Shown one piece after another: positions 50,092 through 61,820 of a stretch of DNA of 64,000 bases. The stretch's first letter is position 1. The number at the start of each line of letters is the position of its first letter. The stretch covers positions 55,282,788 to 55,346,787 of the forward strand of contig CM120640.1 of assembly GCA_051362555.1 (NCBI GenBank). Reading direction: 5' to 3'. The position numbers and the translations under genes are program-made. Source of the stretch: Lingula anatina. Lineage: Eukaryota; Animalia; Brachiopoda. The notes under the pieces were generated by a model. That model searched no databases. It had not been told where the DNA came from and was given only the letters and a program-made list of their open reading frames with translations.

Positions 50092-53000
50092 ATTCTACCG
50101 TATTGCACTTAGGTAATTGAAATATTATGAAGTCCAAAAATTCAAAAGCACATGCAAAGGTTTCAATATTTTGTTCTTTGAAAAAGAAATCCCACTTCAG
50201 CAAATATTTTAAAAATGTACTAGTATTTTCTGGAACTGGAAGCAGTCCATGAAGCACTGCATACTTCATTTAAAATAAAGCATTTAGAATAGAGCAGGCG
50301 TGCATGTTATACTTGTACAAACTATAATGCAGTTTCCTTTTCTTTAAATTATCACTGTGCAGTACCATATAAGACAAATTATGCAGTGGGTTAGGTTTAT
50401 TGTTTTGTCTCTACAGACTTTTAAGCTTCAAATACCATGCAATATTCACCACTAAACTGAAATAAATCAAACTGATGTTGGTATCTTATGAGACAAAAAG
50501 TTTTTTAAGATTGTTAGAAAACATATGTATAAAGAGTAAGGATATGTCCAGCTACAGTATGTTAAGTCAATCATGTAGAATAACTATTCAAATTCTACAT
50601 AAATTGTAAGAAATAATGGTGGCAAATTGCAACGCTGGACACTTAACTTTGCCACCAAAAAATGTGGGCACAGAAATTAAACAGTAATAAAGACAACTGC
50701 AAAGCCACACAAACAAAATGTATTGAGATGATTATTTTGTACTGAACACACAGTCAGCCAAACAAAGGTGGTTTACTTTAAGTCTCAACCCACAGCAATT
50801 TGTGAAAGGTAATTTATAACTTATTCAAGCCCTTACCCTTAGGACTTCCTCCTATTCCTGAGGATTGAAAGCATATTGCAAGTCATTTTCTTGGCAGAAA
50901 TCTGGATATTTTTTATCACTTTTTACATCAATAATACTTCTCTAGCTCATTTATTTCAGAATGTTTTATATATGTGCATTGGTATTTAAAGGCTGCAGAA
51001 AATAAAATACACCTATTTTACCACAAGTTGATACCCATGTGCAGACTTTACATACTGAAAAGCTCATTAACCATACTTTACCAACACATTAAGTTTAAAT
51101 CAGTACTCACCACTTCCTGCACTTCCATCTCTTCCCTCCTTTCTCCGGCCACTGCCTCTACGTGATCCACTGCTTGCTCTCTATAAATCATCATATAAAT
51201 CCTGTCATTAGTAAGTAAAACATTTTTTGTCATTAAAAAAAAAAAAAAGATACAGGCATAAATAAAAAGCTTGTACATCTGAAAAAAATTGAACTACTGA
51301 ATAATCAAAACTAGGTTATTTCCGATAAGGAAATGGCTGTCATGGCAACAGAACTGTTAGTCAGTTGTTTGCACCTGCCACAATCTTAATGTTTGACTAC
51401 ACATAACAGAGTTTAGACACACAAGCAATAACTACAGCTTGTACTGGATAATAAATATACATGGCCTACCTGCTCCTTGAGTTCCTTCTGTTTTTCAGCT
51501 TTTTTAAGTTTAGTGGCATACTCTTGTGTTTCTTTTAAGCCTAGGTCTGTGCAAAGGCGCACAAGGAATTTCAAACCTTAAAAGAAAAAGAGTTGCTTTA
51601 TAGCCAATTGAGAGAAGCAACAGACACACACAAGCACATACACAAAGTCATACATACCAAAACTTAAGAGAATTCAAAGATTGAACATTATCTGCCATAA
51701 CTTATTCTTCAGCCATAAATACTACTATAATTATTAAATTCTACAAATGATTTCAACACATATTCCACTCACTTTCTACGTATTCTCTTTCTAAACACAC
51801 AAATTTGGCAGTATATGGTAGTACTTACATTCCACATTGTCAGGGAACTTCCTATGTATGGACTTGTATGTCTCCAGTGCCTGTTGATAGTTCCCACTCC
51901 TTCTATGACAGCTAGCTACCATCAACTGCCATTTCACTTGCGTAGGCCTGCAATATTATAAAATAAACATGGTCTTTATATTTTCATGTACACAAGTTGT
52001 CCAGTAAACTTTCTTTACAAGATTCAACTTGCTGCATCGACAAAACTACACTAAAACTGATCCCTGTTTAACAAAAGCCAATAACCTATAAAAAAAACAT
52101 TTATATGCTGATATATGAAACCAATACTTTTAAATCAACTCCCTTTTTATCTTTCTACTTACTCTACAATTGCAGCCCTTTCAAAATAGGATATGGCTTT
52201 TTCGCAGAACTGGGAATCAATATAATATGCTCCCAGCCACTCTATAACTTCAATATTGGACGGGAAATATCTGTAAGACTGGAAAATAGAAGGCACATTT
52301 AAATAGAACAGATTCCATACTGCATCACTTATTTAAAATTCCAATAATTAAGAATGGCATCTTGAAGAATCACTCATAACATGTGCAGCTCACATATCTC
52401 GCTAAAAGATACACTGTACAATTCTAAATGAAAAACACTGAGATGAAAACTGTTTGTGTTTAGTTTTTACCACTATGCAAGGATGGCTGTACCCATATGT
52501 TAAATCATGCCCTTACATCATAGTGATACTGGAATGCTTGAGACTTGTCCCCATCATTATCGTATATCTCCCCTAGCCTGGCCAGCACGGTGGGGTCAGT
52601 GGGCACCACCCCAATCAACTGCATAAACCACTCTGTGGCCTGAGTGGTATCACCAAGCTGCTCATGACTGGGAGAGAAGTCAAGGAGAATGGGCAAAACC
52701 AACAGAAGATAATGATGAAACTCCTGTTTATATTTTTACATCTTAAGTGTTTGACATACGTAGTTGGAATACCATACTGCAAAATCCATAATACTGATGT
52801 GATGTAAACATTTAAAATTTAGTCCCATGTAATCGCCATGTAATATGTTTAAGAATATATAAGAGCACTTGCATCATAAAATCATAATTTCAGCAAGGAT
52901 ACATATCAGCAAGCTGATACATGACTTGAGCATTGTTCCTGAATATGGCATGGAGCTTAAAGAAACAGTCAAGAGAATCCTCCAATCTTCCAATAAGTTT

Positions 53001-56000
53001 GTATGCCAGACCTGTTATAAAGAAAAAAATTCAATAACACAATAAACACTGATACTAAAACTGTATAATGATGCAAATTGACTAACATCCCTTTCTTCAC
53101 AACCAACAATTCAATACAGTAAAACTACTTCTTGTCTTCTAAGTTACATTTTTGTGTATCCATTTTATTTATTATGGGCACTGGAAATAAACTGAGAATA
53201 AAGAAATTACCCAAGTTATACAGTGCTTCTATACAGGAAGAGTCATTCTGTAGTGCCTCCTTATAATATTCTCTTGCCTTCTCATAGTCTGCTTTGGCAA
53301 ACAAGCAGTTGCCTTTATTCACAAGTGCTGAAATGATACCAACAAGAACATGTTAGATACTACCTCCAGGTAATACAAAGTGAGCCATACTGATAATAAG
53401 TAATTTGCATGCTTTTAAAAATGTTTTTTATAACTTAACCATCTACATAAATGGCAATTGATATGAAAACAAAGAAACATAAGAAAACCTATGTAAAAAA
53501 AAAAATCAACATGGCAATAATGAGCTATACTGAGACCTACCACTAGGGTTATATCTATCTGCCTGCAAGGCCACCTCTGCATATCGGTCAGCCTGGGTCA
53601 AGTCACTTTCCTAAAACATGTAGATATATCATGTCTCAAACATAATATCAGTAATACTTGATTATTATTCTGTGATTACTACAGACATCACAAAAATCTT
53701 CCTTTCAACATTTCAAAAACAATATAGTGTGACCAGATAACCAAGAGGCCAAAATACTTAACAGAAATGGTATAAAAAACATAACACATATAAAATATAT
53801 AATTTAATGCACTTACCAGAAAATACAAAAACGAAAGGTTAGTAGCTGCTGTGCTGGCCACTTTAGAATCTTTCTTTTCAAATGACTTCAGCGTCTCCAC
53901 AGCCTGAATAAAAAAAAAATAAATAAATAAATAAATCCAATAAGTCGATAAGATTGGTGAAAATATTTCACTAACTAATATATAAAATAAAATTCTCTGT
54001 CATTACTGTGAAAAGAAATTATCATCACTATGCAGATATAAAACTTGGATCCAAATTTTGATCAAACTGATCCACACATTTATATAACATACATGTTTAA
54101 TGCATAAACATCAACAAACACTATCAACCAAACATTCACTATCATTTTATGTACCTGGTGAAAGTCTTTCTGTCTCAGGTACATCAAAGCCTTGTCTATC
54201 TCCAGGTCATGGGACAACTCCACAAAATTGGACGTCTTCACCTGATCCACACACCAGTCGTAGCCAGCAGCAAATGAACTCTCAATAGTGGGCGCCATCA
54301 TTTTGGCAGCAGTCTTGATGTTTCTCTCTGCAGCAAGTTTTCTGAAAGCAAAATATAAAAGAAACCATAAAATTTTGTTTTTCTCCTCATGAAATTTAAG
54401 CCCAAATCTCCATAATATTTAAAGTAGCAAAAAGCACATAAATCAGGAAAGCATTTTGATTCAAAAAGAAATTTCAATGAATTACTGCATAAGTCATCTT
54501 AAAAAAACAAAGTTGGATCAGGATACTACTTACTTTTCTTTTTCCCTGCGTCTCAGAGCATCATTCTTAATCACCTCCAGGATAAGATTATAGTTCTTAT
54601 CATCATTATGTGGCAGATACTTGTCTTCCTCATCAATCTTCAGATCACAAGCCAGCATCTTTTGGAAAGCTTTCTTCATCTTTTCTCTGTCTCCGAGGGC
54701 AAAGTAGCAAAGGACCAGGTTGAAGCCAGTCTTCACATCTGGTTGTTCACCCATGATGTGTTCAAAAGTGGTGATAGCATCATTGTACTGCCCCAACTTG
54801 ACAAATGCAATTCCCACATTCTGCATGATCTTCAGTCTGAAAGATATAATATCATATGAAATTGTGGTAAATTAACCCAAGCACACTTGGAACTTTTTTC
54901 TTTATAAACTGCATAGATTGGAAGCACGCTTCCATAACGACATTGGATAACCTCTCTTATCATTTGAAAATATGCTAAAGATTGAAACACTGAAAATGTG
55001 GTTGGTACATTTGTTATCTATAATGCAATTATGATACTCCTGTGACAGACACTGTCAACCTGTATTATACCTCATATACTTGTGTGTATTAGGAACCTGG
55101 TCAACAGCCATTCTGTAGAACTTGATAGCCTTGGGATAATTCTTCTGCTTGAAGTAGATATTACCCATGTTCACCTTTAAACGGCCTGAATATAAAGTAA
55201 GAAGGATGTAAGATGGGTTGATATTGAGGTGAAATTAAAATCCTTCTTGCAAAGTTTGAGAATCACCACCCCAATTCATATCATGTAAAATTTAAAGCAA
55301 CCGAGAGGCCGTCAACACCTTACATACTGACAACATTTTGAAAATGCTTTGATACATTGTGAAAAAAAAACTGTTACTGTATTACACTCACCAGCGTTTG
55401 TGAACATTTTATTCTTGACAATGACTTGGTAGGTGTTCAGAGCTTCAGCATACATTTCATTGGCAGCATACTGATTGGCAAGGTTGAATAATACCTATAA
55501 AGGTACATTTAAAATAAAAATGTCGTTTATCTGATATAGAAAAGAAAAACAATGTAATTCATAATTTACACATCATATCAAGTAAAATTCAATAACTTTT
55601 TGCATTGTAGTATAAGAAGTGAACTTCTATCAATTGATAGACATTAAAATTGTTTTGCTATATTCCATTTAATGCCATTCAGCAGGATATAACACAACAT
55701 TATAAAACTAAAAATGAATGTTAAATCAAAAGTACACATCTACACATTTCCACCCATCAAATCCGAATCCCAACCTGTGCAAAACAATTTCATTATAGTT
55801 TTATATCTTTGAACGTGCATTTCCCATATGAATACTAATTTTAATTAGTTACCTACCAGTTATTAAAATAACTGAAAGAATTCCCATTCTTATTTATTTA
55901 TTATCTAAGTTTTGTGCTTCAACAAGAAAAATGAGTTTATTAGTCTAGTAGTTATACATGGATTGTTGAATTAATCATTCCATGGACAGTTTTTATCTAA

Positions 56001-59000
56001 ATATTTTCTAAATTTTTGGCTCTACTAAAGAGCCTTCCTCAGGGCAAACTGGAAAGATGTGAAAATATTGTGATGGAAAACAGAGACAAGAATGAAGAGA
56101 AGAACACAATAAAAAAAATCCCTAAAAGTATCCCCAGTGGTCAGTGAGCCAAGTATAAAACCAAATGGAAAAGAAAGAAAAGGACAAGGGCAAACTAAAA
56201 AGAACAGCAAAGAAGAAAAAAAAAAAACAATGGTTTAGTAATGCTTCCATATGTCAGTGGTCTAAATGAGAAAGTTTCCAGGATACTTTAAGAAAGGAAG
56301 ATCAGTACAGTTATGAGACCTAACTCTACAATAAAACAGCTTTTAGGGCACCCAAAGGACAAATCAGAGTAAAAAAAAAAAAAAAAAAAGGCGTATACAC
56401 AATTGGTTGTAAAAACTGTAATAAGTGTTACCTGGGAAAGACCAAATGTACACCACCCATAAGAGTTAAATAACACAGAACAGAAGATGAGAAAATGGAC
56501 AACACACAGGTTTAGACCAGAGACAGAAGGAAAGAATTGGAGACACAAATGTGGAAATCTGCTCTCACAAATCACTCAGTAAAAGAGTCATCATTGATTG
56601 GGACAGCACCAGAATAATAGAGAAGGTAAGCGAAGATTACAAGGAGGTCATACATAAAGAACATTAAAGAACTTCCAGCTACCAGCTGGCCCATATCTAT
56701 GATGACCTCTTGGGACCGGGGGGCCTAATGCCCCTATTTCACACAGACCACGAATCCCATGAATCGCCAGGAATTGAGAAATGTATCCTGAAATTTGTCA
56801 ATTCTTGGCGATTCATTGGACTCGTGGTCTGTGTGAAATACGGGCATCAAAGTTTTTGCCATGAATTCCTGTTGGTCAAAAATTGCAAGAACTGACTACG
56901 AATATATACGAATCTGTAAAGAACTTCATGAACTGATTACGATTCAACCACGAATCCTGAAATTTGTCAATTCCTGGCGATTCGTGGGATTCGTGGTCTG
57001 TGTGAAATAGGGGCATAAGGGGACACTCATAGGATTATTGGTCAATGATTACAACTCAGCGTAAAAACATCAACGCATGACCAGTTTGTCCTAAGGAAGG
57101 CTCTTGAATAGAGCCAAAAATTAGAAGGTAAAAAAATATTTAGAAAAAATCTGTCTGTGTAATGATAAATTCAATAATCCAAGGAAAATTAATATTACAC
57201 AAAAATACAGTTTAACTTACAGAATAGGTGAGATCCAGGTTGACCTGATCAACACTTGCTGCTTGTTCTCTCAGCCTGACTAGGACTCGTTCCTTGCGAC
57301 CAGCCTCCTTAGCTTTTTCCAAGGCCTTAAAGTGAACATACATTAACAGTCAATGTTATGTATCAAAGCACAAAAGGAAATATACATGAGACTACAAGCC
57401 TTGGACCCAGTGCCAGGAAGATTTTAAAAATCCAGAAGACTTCATCATGGTGTAGCAGAATGTGTATTTATTCACTCTTCTGACATTAGCAATGCTCTTA
57501 ATATCTCATTCAACTAATTTAAGTTCTGGAATAAAACAAACTTACCAACTGGTATTCCGCCCTGCTATTAGCAAAACAACTTTCTTCAATCAACTCATTT
57601 ACTTTCTTTTCCAGTTGTTTGATTTTCTCTTCAGGTCTGAAAGTAGATTAAAGGCAAATATAAAAGGCAATACTATGTTCTTCACAAATGAAACCATTAT
57701 TCATATCAAATATCATGCATGTTTTATGAATTTAATAAGACATTTAACGGGAATCCAACTTCAATAACTGATCTAATGTAGGAGGCCTTACGTGTCCTCA
57801 GGTTTGGTTTCTAACTGTGCTCCACTTTGAGCTTGAGCCTGATTCATAGGATCAAAACCTGCACCTACATGGATAACAGAAAGAAAATTAAGTAAATAAT
57901 CTTAACCATTTTGAACTTTTCAATGAACAGAGAGTGAAAGCCCTTTTTTAAAATCCACAACACTCCTAACTCGAAACCAAAATTATATCAAAATATATAT
58001 AATAGATCATTATATATCTCTTGATAATATCTTACTTCCAAGTAATCAAAATGTGTTTCTTGGTGTGTTTACCTTTACTAAAGGATGAATATCCAGCAGC
58101 TCTGACAGCAGTCATAGGTCTAGCAGCTCCATCTTGAGCCCCTGTCATGGGACGGGCTCCCATTGAGGATGGCATTGCATTACGTCCCATGGAAGATACC
58201 AAACCACCTTGGCCTTTAGCAGTGGCCAGCCTGGCACCTACAGAACCAGTGAGGGGAATCTTGGCAGTTGGCTGAAATGAATGGTATATAGGAATTTAAA
58301 AAGTGGATCATAATTTAATATGCCAGCACAAATAAGCATATGAACTACCATACGATGTTAAATCTGTTGTGTTAATTTTAACTTGCTCCTTCCTTGGCAA
58401 GGAATGCAGAGAAATAAGTGGCACATCTAAACCACCCATAATCCCTGATAAATATGTTTTATAGCAAAATAACTACAAACTTGTAATTTTCACTATAAAA
58501 ACTTATTTATCAGTTCTTCTTGACATTAAATTTAAACACATAGGGTTGTATTTGTTTGTCAAAATAAAGGTAAATAAAATAAAATCCTTTTTATTATTTT
58601 GCACCTCCATGATTAATCAAATAGGAGCACAGTTAAATTTTTAACTTGTTTCTAAAGAATGAAATAAAAATGGCAAAAAACCAAAGCAAATGATTTAACA
58701 AATTATTTAAATAAAGGTAACATACAGGTGGTCTTCTTCCATGACTGGTTCTAACAGCATGTTGAAATCCTTCATCATTAGCCAAGTCCTACAAGACAAA
58801 TTGACAGAAAGTAAAATGCATAATTGTTAATTAGTTGTTTGTATTAACTTACAAATATTACTAATAAATAATATATTTAAAAGTATCAATATCAAACAAT
58901 ATAATAATTAAACGAACAATAATTGTATATACCAAGTAAAAAAGAAATATAAAATTCACATAAAGTCATGTTAAATGTTAATTAAAAAAACTATAATATT

Positions 59001-59168
59001 TAAAAAAATCACTTGTTTTTATTTAACATAAAAATGTATCAAAATGTGAGCTATGTAATACAGAATGACATCTGTGCCCACCTCTGTATCCAATGTAGCA
59101 TTGTAATCATTGTAACCAGAGTAGAGATCATCCTCATCCTCTCCCGCAAGATGAACTTGCTCCATCAT
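48548..59168 (-). CDS. IFT88: Intraflagellar transport protein 88
   Basis: N-terminus MMEQVHLAGEDEDDLYSGYNDYN, TPR repeats, C-terminus YADPLGPQVERPKTAARK...DEFADEELGDDLLPD*. Phase-consistent exons: 59082-59168, 58726-58788, 58073-58271, 57792-57864, 57546-57636, 57221-57325, 55392-55494, 55071-55185, 54534-54836, 54155-54341, 53817-53903, 53541-53610, 53211-53327, 52903-53011, 52517-52667, 52163-52278, 51829-51947, 51470-51576, 51111-51180, (50837-50857 optional), 48937-49065, 48548-48672. Confidence 0.97.
49680..49881. mobile_element. Degenerate Tc1-like MITE
   Basis: TA|CACTCcatctaaaagtttgggaac ... gtttccttttatgattGAGTG|TA, with internal mirror ttttgaataatta/taattattcaaaa. Confidence 0.5.
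50837..50857 (-). CDS. IFT88: Candidate 21-nt symmetric microexon of IFT88 (GIGGSPK)
   Basis: ctttcaatcctcag|GAATAGGAGGAAGTCCTAAGG|gtaagg; phase 1-1, matches flanking exon phases, no stop. Confidence 0.6.
52668..52902 (-). other. U12-type (minor spliceosome) GT-AG intron in IFT88
   Basis: 5'SS GTATCCTTGC; branch point TCCTTGAC (52679-52686) about 11 nt before the exon. Confidence 0.9.
56050..57140 (+). mobile_element. Decayed Penelope-like retroelement 3' fragment (GIY-YIG region plus pLTR remnant), interrupted by a MITE
   Basis: Broken frame reads VMLPYVSGLNEKVSRIL*..ISTVMRPNSTIKQLLGHPKDK...GVYTIGCKNCNKCYLGKT...SALTNH...IDWDSTRIIEK. Confidence 0.8.
56729..57015. mobile_element. PIF/Harbinger-like MITE (287 bp) with an internal extra copy of the right TIR
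   Basis: TAA|TGCCCCTATTTCACACAGACCACGAATCCC ... GGGATTCGTGGTCTGTGTGAAATAGGGGCA|TAA; second right-arm copy at ~56787-56847. Confidence 0.9.
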
Positions 59169-59358
59169 GCTAAGGCGATTCATAGCAACTTTTTATGGCA
59201 GACTGTGCTGCTACAATTCTAGTAGTATATTCAACCTAGAACTTAACAAACCATCAAAAATGAATAATAACAATAAATGTTGTTAATAACATAACACAAA
59301 GTATTTCAATCTTGAAGATGATCTTGTCAGACTTAACTATATATTTGTCAGTCATAAA

Positions 59359-59762
59359 CATAGTTGCCACATTGTTGAGAAAATAAAAATTTCCTGACTC
59401 TTCACTGACCAAATCCTGCTTTTTCACTGAACACCTAATTTTTCGGCCTCCATCTCCCCTACAAGTCCAATCCATTCATAACAGTTTGATTTTTTTCTCA
59501 TCAAAACAATTTTTTTATTACTTACAAGTAAACAAGCACAGAAATATCGAAACTTAACACAGATGATAATTTACATCTTATTGATGGTTTTAATTTAGTT
59601 TAGAAAATATGACAGTCTTTCTAGAATTTTGTTTTTCCCTGTCTTTGCCACGACTTTTCCAAATTTCAAATTTTCCCTGACCAAAATAATTTTCCCTGAT
59701 AATTCATTGACCTTGAAAATAAATCATTTCTCCCTGGCTTTTTAAGTGAGGTGGCAACCCTG
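59359..59762. mobile_element. Degenerate hAT-like MITE
   Basis: Right end GTGGCAACCCTG, eroded left end ..AGTTGCCAC, repeated TTCCCTGA motifs; possible 8-bp TSD ataaacat/ataaacgt. Confidence 0.5.
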
Positions 59763-60131
59763 ATAAACGTGTTCAGCTGCAACATTGTCACGTCTTTATT
59801 TATTTAAGTGGTGGTGTTTATGTTTCACTTACTTTTAAGATTATTTACCTCAGATATTTGTTTAGGATCAAGCAATACCGACAATAAACTAGCATCACTA
59901 ACTCGACACATTCGATTTCGAACTATTCACTTAGATCTATGCCAGGTTAGTCCATGCACTGTCAGTGCGAATTTTAGAAGATGCCACAAACATCAGTTAC
60001 TTTTATCGATTAAATCATTGGCACCACTTAATTCTAAATATGAAGTTAATATGTGTGTCACTCTCTTAAACCATTCTCGTTGTTTTATATGTTCTGTTGA
60101 CGTTAATTTGTCTTTAAAACGCAAACATTAC

Positions 60132-60220
60132 CTTCCTTCTCATTTATTGATAGTGCTCCACCGGAGAAGTTTTGGAATTTCGTTCCCACAATGCCTTACA
60201 AAAATAACTTCCTGTCTCTA
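60132..60220 (-). promoter_or_regulatory. Probable non-coding first exon/promoter of IFT88
   Basis: Donor GGAAG|GTAATG at ~60131, acceptor ttctag| at ~59238 upstream of the ATG, ETS-like ACTTCCTG at ~60207. Confidence 0.45.
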
Positions 60221-61820
60221 GGCACGTATTTATTCCACATAGTTGTCAACATAATAAACAAAAGCTAGATCATTCGAAAAAAATTAGTAATAAACATGCA
60301 AGTACTAGTTAAAAAGATACACATATAAAAAGAAGAATGTATTATCTTCTGTTTACTATATTAAATATTCTCATTACATATAAGTATTAAAAGAGCAGTC
60401 AAGGGTGGGCATTGACAAGACTGCACCTCCACTTATTGCTACAGATGAGATTGTCACTTAAATTCTCTACCACATTTGAAAAGTTTGCGCGAACGAATTC
60501 AGTTTATTGTACTTAGAATCTAGAACTAAGTCTGTTAGATAGCTTCTTTAGCTTAATTTCGGTACTTTTGCAGTATCTCCCCATCCTGTAGCTCGAATTT
60601 TTAATGGTAATCAAAATTAAATTGTGTTGACGCTAATCAACGTCTCTGCTGAGAATTATATACTCTTTAACATCTTTTTTAAATAATTTTATTTGCTAAT
60701 GAGATTACAGTAAATTTTCACCCCAGCAATAACGTCGGCTCTTATAGGGCATAAGGCATGAAGTTTCATGAAAAAACACCTTAAAACTATGTATTAAACT
60801 AATTTATTTGAGTAGCGGAGACATTGCTTAGTCACCACAAAAATTAATGAAAAAAGTTAAAGAATATCACGTGACGGTGGGCGGGGGGGGGGGGGGGGAA
60901 AGTGCCAATTTTTCACACGATATTATCAGTGAAAAGAAATCAAATTTGTTTGAAAATCATCTCTATTGGGCCTCCTTACTACGTGTACGTATTGTGTATA
61001 TTACAAGTGTGTGCATGAATATATAATGGCTTCAAAATATCTTTTATGATATCTCTCTAGCTCTCAATATTCTTTTTCAGTTATCAAAGTTTCAAGCTGC
61101 CTTTACAAAAAAAAAAAAATAATAATAAAATAAAATAAAATAAAATAAAATAAAAAAATAATAATAATAATAAATAAATAAATAAATAAATAAATAAAAA
61201 TAATAATAACACTAAAAGAGAACGGCTAGAAAGGCAATGACAGAGGCAGGTGATATGACCACACTGGTAAAACCGTACGTAACTTCTGTGACAGCTAATA
61301 TCATATGAATACTTCACTTTATTAGGAACCATCTTCTGTTAACAAAAAAATACTTAAATGTTTATCATGAACAGTTAAAGCTTTCAGCTAGTACAGTCAT
61401 GTTTAAACTGTCACACTGCAACATAGGTGCTAGGTATAAATGAGATGGAACTTGCGGGGGAAAAAGCCATCAATATATGGGCTATTAAACAAAAATTAAT
61501 ATCATGCAATAATACCTGACATGCAAGTAAATCATGCCAGTGTTATGGGAACAAGCATAATTTAACTGTTTGGAAATGCACCAGTGTATAATAATATTTC
61601 TTTTATAGAATACAAATGTAAATTTAGATAAGGCATGTAGGGCTTAATAATATTTTTCATGTCTTATACAAATACAACAATATTTGACATAATAAAGGAC
61701 TGTCAAATGGAAACCAATAAATACATATATTTTAAAGTAATAAAAGTTCTTTTTTGTAATTAAATCAATACAAATGCTGCAAAAATGCCACAAAAAATAA
61801 CAGCTAGTAGTCTTTATATT

